A DNA stretch of 56,585 bases from NCBI GenBank assembly GCA_000934665.2, contig KZ538130.1, forward strand, positions 62,001 to 118,585, read 5' to 3'. Below the pieces are notes generated by a model. It did no database searches, was not told the DNA's origin, and saw nothing but the letters and a program-made list of their open reading frames with translations. Both the position numbers and the translations under genes were made by a program. Within the stretch, counting starts at the first letter, position 1. Each line of letters starts with the position of its first letter. Shown here one piece after another: positions 1 through 11,470 of this stretch. This stretch comes from Catajapyx aquilonaris. Its lineage: Eukaryota.

Positions 1-452
1 GAAGTTTGACCTTTCATGGGCTTAACCGCAACCTTCAACCGGGAGCTGTTTCCAGGTGCGGTATAACCTCATCCTTGACATCCCGCAACCCAAACGTCTC
101 TCTTGTTCAACGGGTAGTGTACATGACAGGGGCAAACTCGACACTGTTGTCACATTTTTTTGTTACATAAGGGATCAGGTGTCTAATTAGGAGGTATCGC
201 AATTAATTTGACTAGAGGTGAAAATCGTGGAGGGAAAGTTTAGCAACACAATTCTGCAGCCCTGAGGGTGTTTCGTGTTTTCCATCAGCTGCCAGTAAAT
301 CTATCGATCGGAACCTTTTTATATGATATTTGCGCTACTAAATCAAACAAAAATAGGTAGAACGTTACACCTGTAGAGCTCATTAAAAACGGGGATGTCC
401 ATTTCTGTTCAGATTTTTAGTCTCACCCAGCTATTGGCGAGAAGAGAAATTA

Positions 453-678
453 CCGTCTAACGGGATGAGATTGTACCTGGTGGGGTGAGATTGTGCCAGC
501 GCATTTTTTAATAACAGTGGTAGCAGGCGTAAACTTGCGAATTTAGCAATGTTCACTGCATTGAGAGATGGTCAAGGTTGGCAATGACGAGTAAAATTCG
601 TGGTAGGGCGAACTGTTGTCTAATAAATGCGCTGGCACAATCTCATCCCACCTGGCACAATCTCACGCCAATTGACGG
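453..678. mobile_element. Non-autonomous Tc1/mariner(pogo)-type MITE
   Basis: Imperfect ~55-bp terminal inverted repeats (CCGTCTAACGGGATGAGATTGTACC... / ...GGCACAATCTCACGCCAATTGACGG) flanked by TA at 451-452 and 679-680. Confidence 0.75.
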
Positions 679-710
679 TATAGCATTTTTCTGCTTTAGC
701 TAGAATTGGA

Positions 711-1137
711 GGGTGTTATGCAATAATGAGTCAGCCCACATGAGAACAGCTTTGAAGATGATACCCGTGAAATTAATTCAGTGTTCTATTCTGTCATTTA
801 TGGCAGAAGTATGCAGATTTCACCAGCGTGATTTTAGCTGAATGAAGTAGGATCCTTTAGGTATATGTCCCTGGGCTAATTAGTTCAATTTTGATATTTT
901 TGTGGGTTGACAAATTATTGCATAACACCGTACATGCAGACCATGTGTGAGTTAATTTTTCCATCATTTGTGGCAGAAGTATCGCCACCTTGATTTTAAC
1001 TGAATGAAGTACTGGTAGATAGGGGCTTCCCTAGCAACAGCTCTATTTAGAGCCCCCCCCTGAACTTTGGGTGTATGTTTCTTGGCTTCACTCAATTTTG
1101 ATAATTTTGTGGGTTGACCTATTATTGCATAATACCG
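711..1137. mobile_element. MITE (711-930) followed by a partial second copy
   Basis: GGGTGTTATGCAATAATGAGTCAGCCCACA at 711 is inverted at 901-930. The internal TGGCAGAAGTAT...TGAATGAAGTA block and the right end recur at ~970-1137. Confidence 0.55.
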
Positions 1138-3234
1138 TCAAATTGCCCTGTACTAGAAAATAGTTGAGCCAACCAAAAGCGTGTTTTATTCAACCGTATC
1201 GGACTACAGGTACTGCCAAACAATTCATTAAGGTTTAGTTACGGAAACCAACATTTCGGTTGTATTGGTTAACATTGGATGGGCTGACTCAAAGGTTGGT
1301 AGAAACAATCGTGTACCTGTCAAACAAAAGGTCTTGTTCAACCAATGTTCAGCATAGAATCGTGAATAAAATAGAGAAAATGAATATTGTCAATGGGCTG
1401 ATCCTGACCAAATAAAGGGAGGAGACAAGCGGCAAATGCGATACTAACAGCGCGCTAATTAGCCATCAACTCCGCGAGAAAAGCGAGGTCCTGATAGGGC
1501 ACGGCAAGAAGCTGTGACAACGATTCCTGTTTTTTTTTTTTGTAATTTTTTTCCTTAGATGCTCGCCGAAAAACTCCGCTACCAGACCCTCCGTTTCCAG
1601 ACTGGATTTATTTGCTTCCTTTCAGGAATGTTTCCAAAATCAATTTGCCCCCCACCAGCCTCCTATTCTCCACCCTCCCCTTCCCCCCAGCCTGTGCCTC
1701 CCAGCCTTCCCGCCCCTTCTTTTTCAGATTAAAGTACTGCAAGAATTTCTAGCGAGAAAGGGCGGCGAGTCCTGAGCAAATGCGCTGAAATATATCGGGA
1801 GGATGGGTGGGTTTGGAGGGGGCGCCAACGCAAAAATGTGCCTCTTTGCTTAAGTGGATGGATAGGTCGATCCAGGGGGGGAAACTGTGGGGGTGGGGGA
1901 GGGAGAGGCGCTACTTGCAGTTTGGGCCGCGGACCATTCATTTTTCATCGCGCCATCACCCTTGGCCCGTTTCCAAACGCGCCCCACATCCTTCCTTTTA
2001 AATGGCGCTCGATCAGCCGTCATGAAATCTGCAAAACACTTACCAAGACGGACCGAAATTTCGACCCCCCCAAATGCCACCCCCCAGTTCTGTTGAAAAT
2101 GGACGTCAATATCTGCTTGGTAGTCAATAACATTATTTAGGTGCCAGGTGACGTCACACCTGCGACCTATCCCATTGGCTAGACCTTTCTCAAGATGACG
2201 TCACCCATGTTGGTAATAATTGATCCGCGCATGTACTAGGCTACACAATTAGGTGCTACTTTGGAAATACCCCCTAGGACTGTTGATTTAAGCTTTGGTT
2301 GTAATAACGTATGTTTGTAGAACGGCAGTCTTTTTTTAACAGAAAAAAAAGTGCGTTAGGGCATTTACCCTAGCCTAGCCCTAGTCGTAGTCATAGCCTT
2401 GCGTAGCCTACTTGGGGGGTGCTCCAGGGCCCAGCCATGTCGCCTAGGCAACGGGGGTGGTAGGGGGTGGTATGAGGAGGGGTGGATAAGGCCAGCCCCA
2501 AATCCTGCACTGCGGGTCCAACAATGGGAATGGAAGAGAGGGCACCAGAAGGAAACAAAACGTGTTCCATCCGCAGCTAATTACGAGTCGATGGACGGAC
2601 CTACTGGAATTTCCAGCCTATAGTGTAGTGGAGGGCAGTATATCAGGAATGCTTAGGGGGGGGGAGGAATGACCCCTAGAGCTTGGGTATCCCCAACACA
2701 CCCACACTGTTGTAGCTAGACTCTAGTCCCATCCTATAGGATTTTTGAGGTTAATCTGTTCGCCTCCTAGCCGCCCCAGTCTTGGCTTCGATCACCACCC
2801 AATTGAGAGGAATTGATTGGTGGTCTCGGAGGAATTTGGCGCAGCCATGCTCAGATTCCCTTCGGATTTCTATCCCTCAAACCCCCCTTCCCGTCCCATC
2901 TTCATGCACTGCTACATTCTTAACCGGGGTACTACATAACGGTCAACAAGTCCAAACAAGATTCGACAAGCATAACGGTGGAGCGCTCACAATAATTAAA
3001 GTGGTAAATGAAATGTAATCAAAATGTTGCCAATTGACGCCTCAAATTCTATACAAGTAGGCCTACACACCCCAACCCCTCATCATCCTGGCATCCACCC
3101 CCCTCTATTAAATGTAGCCTACACTCATGACCCATGCGCACCGTTACAATGGGAACAAACAGGGTAATGAATCCTATGTATTCGCGACCAGTTGTCTATC
3201 ATTTGTTACAGGGTCAGCCTCTCCTCTCTCAATA

Positions 3235-3548
3235 CAGGGTGTTTCAACTTTTTTGTCCGAACAGTTATCAGAAAATTGCACGTAGCTGCTACTGTGTAAG
3301 CTGTGACTTGCAAACGGTGATTTTTCGGAGGAACGGGGAATATTCCCTGCGAATCGTAGGTTGAAGTGGCATACGCGCTGCCCGCTGAAAATTGAGGGTC
3401 AAGCCTGGAAAAAAGAGGGTCACACATGCCATGGGATGTGTGACCTTCTTTTTTCCCATTCCTCATTCCTCAGACAAATCACCGGCTGCAAGTCAGTGCT
3501 TACAAAGTAGCAGCTACGTGCAATTTTACGATAACTGTTCGGACAAAA
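3235..3548 (+). mobile_element. MITE family A (CAGGGTGT termini, TA target), right end truncated
   Basis: Starts TA|CAGGGTGTTTCAACTTTTTTGTCCGAACAG; colinear with copies at 15935 and 47001; right arm breaks off at GGACAAAA. Confidence 0.85.
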
Positions 3549-3842
3549 TGTGTCATGGGGTGGGTTGGTATAGCGTACCCCTACCCCTGCCAAATTGGGT
3601 CAGCAAATATGAAAGTCCTTTCGATTGCGGACCTGTAGTACGATTGGGTATGTCACCGAAAGGGGTGGAGTCCGAAGATGTCTATGCTTGTGTCTGGTAA
3701 TAATAATTTATGCGCGAATTCAGGGTTTTGTTGATTAAATTGAGCAATTAGATTGTTATAACGATATACAATAATTATTACAGGGTATACCTGGGGTATA
3801 CGTCGCGGGAAATATTGCAAATGGGGAATAATTTTAATTTTA

Positions 3843-4221
3843 GCCGAATCAGGTTGGTGTAGTGGTTAAGGAGACCGACTGCTAATCGGGAGGTCCTGGA
3901 GGCGTATACTCATCCAGGTCACTCGCAATCGACTTGGTCGATTGCGAGTGACCTGGATGAGCATACGCCTCCAGGGTTCGATTCCCGGAGTCGGCGATTC
4001 TGACTGTGGTTTTCTGTGGTTTTCCACGATCACCCCAGAATAATTCCGGGGTCGCTTCCGTATAATAGGCCTCAGCCGCTTCCTTCCTTCCCTATCCTTG
4101 GCCCCATCCATATGTGAAAGTTTCAGAAAAAAATGAGTGGTAAAATGGTGGTATCCCAGCACCCTAATGGAGCACCGATTCTCCAAATGGGGTAAAATAA
4201 ATTCATAATAAATAAAAATAA
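3843..4221 (+). mobile_element. tRNA-derived SINE family 1 (tRNA-Ser(GCT)-like head), with hairpin insertion
   Basis: A-box-like TGGTGTAGTGG, GACTGCTAATC anticodon arm, B box GGTTCGATTCC, body CAGCCGCTTCCTTCC (reminiscent of termite Talua-type SINEs), A-rich tail, 16-bp TSD AATAATTTTAATTTTA (3827-3842 / 4222-4237). Confidence 0.9.
3899..3971. repeat. 73-bp hairpin insertion (35-bp arms, 3-nt loop), possible mini Harbinger-type MITE
   Basis: GAGGCGTATACTCATCCAGGTCACTCGCAATCGAC-TTG-reverse complement with one mismatch; absent from the six other family-1 SINE copies; flanked by CTG and CAG. Confidence 0.85.
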
Positions 4222-7200
4222 AATAATTTTAATTTTAATGCAAAATTAGGTTCCGTACAGAGTCACAGTATACCGTGTGTTTCAGAGATCACATCCACAT
4301 CAGTTAAAATCTCGCGGATATTTCAGTCGCTCACTCGCTATTGTAGCAGTGATTGATACACCCTTAGAAAAAGTGCAATGGCCCTTTATAAAGGTGTACA
4401 GTACACAACTAGACTATACGCCAAATATAATGGTGAGGCGATCATCCGCGATGTTTCCATCGATACAGATGCGAGCGTGTTACATCAACCCAAAGCTCAA
4501 TACGACTTCCCTTTTATAACTTCTAGGTAAACAGTATTCGAATTGAGCTTTGCATTGTACGTACATCTTTAATTTGACTAATACGATTCGGATGAAAAGA
4601 TCGGAATACAGTTCCGACTCAATTCGAACAAAATTGTCACGTGGTCCATTACGGCCACTAAGCTTCTCAGATTCCCTCTTTCCAGGTCCCACGATATCCC
4701 CACCTAGTCACAACAAGTTAACGTCGAGGTCTTCGGACCTGCAGAATATTATGCTAATCAGATTCTCTGCTATCCTGTGCACACACAAACTGTCGCGTAA
4801 AGATGAAACAGGATCGGGGTAACGAGCGCTTTACACATCGTGGCTCTAAGAAATCTGCATTTTATTCCATAGCCCATATTGGAATTTAATCGCTCATTTT
4901 GCATCCCATCATCTACGGACGAAAATGCAATGCAGCTACATGCGGGTTGATTCGGAAATGCCTCGATATTGATTTTTTTCTATCATATTAGGGAAATTTT
5001 AAAGCATCCCCCCCCCCCCCCCGCACTATCTTCGAGGGTTGTAAATATAAATTGCAGTAATATGCGTTTTTAATGCTTCACTTTTGTTGTCACTTAACGA
5101 CTCTCTCAAGTGGCCATATTCCTTCAATTTGCTCGACTTATACGCCACTTAAAAAACACGTTCGCGGAATAATATCGATGCATTTCCACGTACTTGTTAG
5201 ATCCAGATGTTTTAAAAAATATCATTAGTTAGGGAGCCAAAATCATGTTTATTAAAATCTGTGCTGAATTTGGTTGGAACCATATCCGTTACTAGCACGG
5301 TGATTGCTAACAATTGCGGCAGATGAGAGATCAAAATTTATGAAAATCATAAAAATCATAACTTACGGATATTTATATTCAAAAAGGTGCAGTTTTCAGA
5401 CTTTTCCATCAATTAGCGGCACGCAAGGCGTCAGTGTGCCAAGAAGTGGGTTAGGCAGCCCGGACATACATACAAACTTTGTGCAAGATTAGTTCAAGCA
5501 ATTCGTTGAAATATCCAAATTTTTCTGATCGTTACAACCATTTCGATTTTTACAGTGTCCTTAATTAACATTACCACCATGAAGTGCAATTCGGCAGATA
5601 TTTCCCCCGTAATTTCATAACATTGTTGACTTGAAGTGTTAGCCGAAATACACTGTATCATTCCTCTATAGTTGACGCGGCAGTTCCCTTTAAGCCAGAC
5701 ACTGTATTCAAATAGTAAGCCCAACATGCAACAACCGTCTCCCTTCACTGCAGCAAATGAAAAGTCCTACTCGCTGATGCGATGAATTGCGTTGGAATTC
5801 TGTGTTTCAGTCTCGCAGAGTCTGATTACGCCCCAGTAAGTGCCCCCTTGACTCGCCTTTGCCGTCTATATTCCGAATATTCTAATGCAAGCGAGCAAAG
5901 CAATTCCAATGTTGTAGGAATAATCAGAGCAAGATGTGGCTGCGGACCAAAGTGCGACATCCAATTGGGTATAGCCTCAGGGTTGCACATGATTACGAAA
6001 CTTCCGACCGCTTGATTCTAACACTTATATGAAGAATGCTGATTTATAAGATAGAGCACGATAGTACAGCGTTTCTCAACTGGGATTTCGCGGAACAGCA
6101 ATTAGCCGTTTCGCGTAACCGAAATTGCCAGGCGCTACGCGAGAAATAATTTTTTATGTAGGTTTTCCCTGATATCATTTCAAATGTTCCCCAATTGTAA
6201 AATGGTTTAGATACGCTGCTAGTACATGCTCTCGTAGATAATAACGAAGGTCGGGTGAAATAGTACTTACCGATGGAACCGGGGAAGTTGAATCTATCTC
6301 ACAAGTGACGCATGTTGACCGGTATAAAGAGAGGGCAGGAACACTTCCGGGCTCCCCAATCAGCCTCCTGTAACCCAGAAAAAAGCCACGTGATAAACAA
6401 AAACCATCGATACAAATCACTCAATCTGTTAATTGAACCGCAACAAAGATGAGGAATGACCCTAAGGGTGGATGAATTACCCCCTACCCCCTATCCCCCT
6501 CACCCTTTGCTTAACATCCCTTTTGACGATACCGGGTAAAAACATCCCACGCACTCTTCCAACTCTCGCTTTTTCATATATACAGTAGTTCGGGTTAGCA
6601 ACCGCCGCGCCGTATCCAGGAAGAGAGTACGCCTGGGATGTGGAGCGACGCTTTCACTCGATTCTGATTATGAAACTTTGTCCGGCACTGACCTAGCACA
6701 CCCCTTATCGGCAACGATGCCAGATGGTCGCCGGTATTTTTTTTATAAGGATTTCTGCCGGTTTCTTGCGAGTTAACGGCCACACGTTTTTTTTTACTAC
6801 TGGTACAAGACGGGGTGAGCACTGGCACACCGGTTTAGTAGCAATGTGTCCGATGACCCCCGAGGCACTTTCATGGCCCACCGGAAAGGTGTAGGAATGG
6901 TCCGGGAGAGGTTTAGAGGTGGTTGTCCCACTCTTGAAAGTCTCACCTCCAGTCTTCGGGGGTGGCAAATTGGTTCCTCCAGTTCGGATGCTGTAGGCGG
7001 CGGAGGGCCGACAAGCAAAGGGCAGTCAGCGGAGATGCATCCTCTCTGCTTGGAGCTGCTCTCCGTATTGATTTTCGGGAATGGGGGGGGCGGGTGGGCC
7101 AGGGTGGGAAAAGGGGTAGGGGAGGGGCGGGGGAGGAGGTATGAAGGAAGGGGTTTGGGCAGGGGGTAGAACACGGGCGGAGTTGTCGGATCGGACCCCC

Positions 7201-9000
7201 CTCGTGGCCCACTCCCAAAATATTTTTCGGCAAAATTTAGGACCCCATACTCTTAAATTTTGACCCATTTTTTATTCAGGGACATTCCGCTCCAATTTGG
7301 CCGATGACTTCATTCATACTCCCCGGTCAAATGTGTCCAAATCATCCGTTTCCTATCCGGGAGTCGAAATCTCATTTTGGAAACAATTTTGACCGGCTTT
7401 TCCGAACCTGGAAATTGAAAGCATGGATTAGGAACGAGAGGTGGCAACTAGGTCCACACCTGTCCATGCGCAGTGGGAGGGGTGTAACGGGTGAAGTAGG
7501 GGACGATGGGGAGGATGTGGGGGGAGTCGCAGCATCCGGGAAACTCCGGGATACCGCGCATCTCTGAGGAGCCCATTGGCTGGGTTACTCTGCCCAGGAT
7601 TCTGCCGGAATAGAGATAGTACTGCCAGAAGAATAATTCAGGGAAGCTAAAGATGATCTGGATGCTAAAAAATGGATGAAAGACTCTTCTAGGTCCGTTC
7701 TAGTATCAAGTTTGATTCTAGAAGCAGCCATGTTGCTAGTAGGATCAAGACTAAACGACCTAGTTCAAATCTTCCCGCGTAAACGCAAATTGCTGCTCCA
7801 GAGGGAGGTTGGAAATATCCTCGGAAGAAACTGCCGGATTTATTGTTCCCTACGGAAGGATCACTAAGCCCTAGCTTTTTTGGGGGGGGAGGTAACGTCA
7901 GAAGGATGCGGGTGCAAGGTTTAGGTCCGGTTTCTTTTCNAAATTGCTGCTCCGGAGGGAGGTTGGAAATATCCTCGGAAGAAACTGCCGGATTTATTGT
8001 TCCCTACGGAAGGATCACTAAGCCCTAGCTTTTTTGGGGGGGGAGGTAACGTCAGAAGGATGCGGGTGCAAGGTTTAGGTCCGGTTTCTTTTCTTTCCCA
8101 GAGGTGTATACTATAGGTGAGATGAGGTCGGATTTCCAGGCCGTGCCTTCTCCAAACACCGATCGAAACGGATCGATTCGCACAATCAGAGGCAAATCGT
8201 CGCGCTCTTGGTTCCAGTCACCCGAGAGCCTCTCATCGAAACAACCAAGCGCTGCATTTTGCCACCAATCGACACTTTTTAATGTCATGGGGCGTGATGG
8301 CTTTCCTTTCAGGAAGAAGAAGCGGAAGAATTGAATGCATTCTCTTACTTTTTTTTCTCTTCCTCCATCTCCCCCCTTCTCCCCCTTTTCTTTTGAGAAA
8401 TGTAACGTTGACGTAGAATGCAGAGGGTTGGAATTGATTTCTTAGTGTTAAGGAGCACTCCTTCTCTTTTGGAGGAAGTTTTTGCCAGGTGTTCCGGAAT
8501 ATTCTTGAGCCGGCATATCCTCTCTCGCTCTCTCTAAAGCGGTCAAATTGGCCCGGGGTACAACGACCCACAGAGACTATTGCAGAGTACTCGCCGGAAA
8601 CAACGCCCTCCTGGTTTTTGCCCCTCCCTCGGATCTCAATCAAGCGACGTCTCCATCTCACGCATCAGCAATTTTATTTATCTCGCATCGACGCCGGCTA
8701 CAGGAAGCCCCCGCTTTTAATATGTCACCCTATGACATCCAGCTTCATTTCACATGCAATTCACTTCAAGTGGCCTCCAAACTCTTTGATCTTCTAAACA
8801 CTCCGAATGAATAGTTACTAACTAGCTACAATTTTGATCAATGCTAGATTGTTACCTCCGAAATGCAAGGGGGCAATTTTAGAACAAATATTTGACCTCT
8901 AGACATGATAGTTGCGATGCTGATCGATCTGTGCTAGATAGAAGTAGTAGATAAACTGTCGGTAGAAAATGTCTCATAATTATAGTCCATTGTCTGGAGT

Positions 9001-9149
9001 CTGGACCTGCCCGGACCTGCCCGGACCTGCCCAGACCAGCTCAAACCTGCCCAGACCTGCTCAAACCTGCCCAGACCTGCTCAAACCTGCCCAGACCTGC
9101 TCAAACCTGCTCAAACCTGCTCAGACCTGCTCAGACCTGCCCAGACCTG
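9001..9149. repeat. 10-bp tandem repeat, ~15 units
   Basis: Units of CCAGACCTGC / TCAAACCTGC / CCGGACCTGC. Confidence 0.9.
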
Positions 9150-10041
9150 ACAATACCCCCCGTTTCCCGCCATTTCATGTCACTTGTCACATTATCCTTA
9201 CTCTGCGTCTATATGCTCCCAAATAGGAGCCCAATAGACTGCTCAAGTTACATGTAGCATGTTTGAATAAAATGAAGCGGAAGATCGTTCTGCTGCACTC
9301 AATTGCTGCAATCAAGTCGACTGTTCCGCCAGGACGTGCGGAAAAAAGAGAAGAAGAGGAAGAAAAAGAACGAAGTGACGTCATCAGAAAAATTGGGGGG
9401 GGNNNNNNNNNNNNNNNNNNNNNNNNNNNNNNNNNNNNNNNNNNNNNNNNNNNNNNNNNNNGGGGGGGCGAAACCTAGAAGTTGCTTCAAATAATGCGCT
9501 GCAGGTGAAGCGGATCCAGACACTAGTCTGCACAGTAGGGGTTCTGTGAGACGAGTTGAGGAGCTTAGTTGCAAAATAGGATATGTCACTTCAGACTGAC
9601 TCAGAAATAGGCTTTTTGTTCCTTTTTTTGTGCTGTAGTTGTGGGCCAAGGCTGTATGTTTTTTTCGAGCGTTCTAACATTCGTTAGCTTAGTTCGGTTT
9701 TAAATATACCCTATGTAAACCGCAAGTTGCTGGACACAATTATTTCATATGTTCAATGCTTCCATCCCGAAACTAAGCTCTGCAGGGGGTATACTGTAGT
9801 TCGGTAGGACTTCATTCGGATTTCTCTGCTCTTCAGCAAACACACAGGTTGACCTTATGTAATCCTTATCGATTATACCTGTGACATCAAAAAAAAGGAG
9901 GAAAAATTAATAATGTAGCCACATCCAATCACACACTAAAATATGATGACCAGCAGGCACATATGTTGCTTATCCTGTATACTGTGTAAAGAGTGGAGTT
10001 CCCCTCTACGGGCATGAAAAATAAATAATTGAACAAATAAA

Positions 10042-10344
10042 TCTATATAAATAAAGCCGTTTGTGAGTCTGTCTGTCTGTCTCTCTGTCTGTCTGTCCGC
10101 CTGCCAACCGTCTGTGCTCCACCCCCAGGCCGGGAGAGGATGGAGGTGTTGGGGGTTGACTACAGATGGCAGGCAAATGACGGTTGCCGTTATACAGGCG
10201 GGAGAGGTTAAAGGTGTTGGAGTAGCAGGACCACAGATGGCATTGGTGGGCGGACACACAGAAAGACAGACAGTTGACGGGGGTACTGGCAGGTGTTTTC
10301 CCTTCATTCATTTCTTCCCGGGCAACGCCGGGTGCCGCAGCTAG
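10042..10344 (+). mobile_element. Non-autonomous Helitron-like element family H1
   Basis: A|TC 5' end, (GTCT)n tract, subterminal hairpin CCCGGGCAACGCCGGG, CTAG|T 3' end, no TSD; near-identical copies at 47556 and 49299. Confidence 0.9.
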
Positions 10345-11390
10345 TAAATAAATAAAGGAGCGCTGAGTAACCGCGTCTTTAGGCTATACAATCTCATAAC
10401 GAAACACACATAGAGTGGCCAATTTATAATTGTCAAATTGCATCAAAAGCATGACATGACAACTGCCTGCCCTCTACATGGTCATATCGCTTAACCTATT
10501 ACGTTTGAATTGAGTTGGCAGGGCTGTGAGTCAGTTTTGCCTTTTCAGATTGAGCACAGCAGTATAAAACGATTCTATTGACTATATCAGTTGATCTAGT
10601 CTCTCTCTACTACGGAACTTATTATTTAGCCCATCTGCCAGCACATTTGCAAATCTGAAAAGGCAGGAAGTTACGGAGTGCATACATGCAAATGCCAGCA
10701 AAATTCTGAACTCTCTCTATGCAACGACGAAAGAAGAGTTAAGCAAGCTTATTGAATACACAGCTAGAGGAAATCCGATTCCATTGTTTGGAAGTGGATT
10801 GATCTGGACTGTATGGGGCTGGCTTCTCGAATTCTTCCGGTACGTTGCAAACTATATACATCGAGCATTTTCATCAGCTTCTTTCTAAGCGCAGATCCAT
10901 TACATGCTTCTGTTTGATTTCCACCAATCAGGTTTTGGAAGTCTAGAGATCTCTGTGGTATAAAATTTCAGTAGCTTTGCGTCGCACTCGTGCAGGCATT
11001 TCCACAATAGCTGTCTATATAACGTATATCGGAATAGTAACCTGAAACTAACGTCAACAGTCTGCGACGGTGCTTTCAACCATCGTGGAAAACTTCAATT
11101 GATCCTCTCTTCTCCTTACGCCTGACTGGCTTATGTAGTACAGGCACTGTAGCTTAGACTTGGGGTGAAGGCCCATGTTAGACAGGGTGGATAAAGCAAT
11201 ATTTTTAATAGTCCTACAAAAGTTCAAAATAATAAGCCGTACAGTAAAGGCGACACAATCCCGCAGTGACCATGAAATGAACTTTTGGAGCCTGGAAGCT
11301 CGTCCCGTAACATGGTAGCCTTTAATTACATGCCCGCATTGCACTGCTGCGGGCATTAATTAATCTTGTAAAAACTGTAATAGACATATG

Positions 11391-11470
11391 TCGGCACGTA
11401 ATATCCCCCAAAAAATTTATTTGAATAGCTTGCTATTCAAATAAATTTTTTGGGGGATATTACGTGCCGA
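11391..11470. repeat. Perfect palindrome, 39-bp arms, 2-nt loop
   Basis: TCGGCACGTAATATCCCCCAAAAAATTTATTTGAATAGC-TT-exact reverse complement. Confidence 0.9.

Noticed and set aside
6797..7407. Pro-rich minus-strand frames after a TTTCCAG acceptor-like site
   Set aside because: Stops in all frames, low-complexity G/C tracts and no recognisable domain; more likely non-coding repeat DNA.
7787..8093. 153-bp tandem duplication
   Set aside because: The two copies differ at one base and are separated by a single N (7940); most likely an unmerged contig or haplotype overlap.
9395..9468. Poly-G flanked N gap
   Set aside because: Sequencing or assembly dropout at G-runs, as at 15736, 27634 and 41707; not biological evidence.
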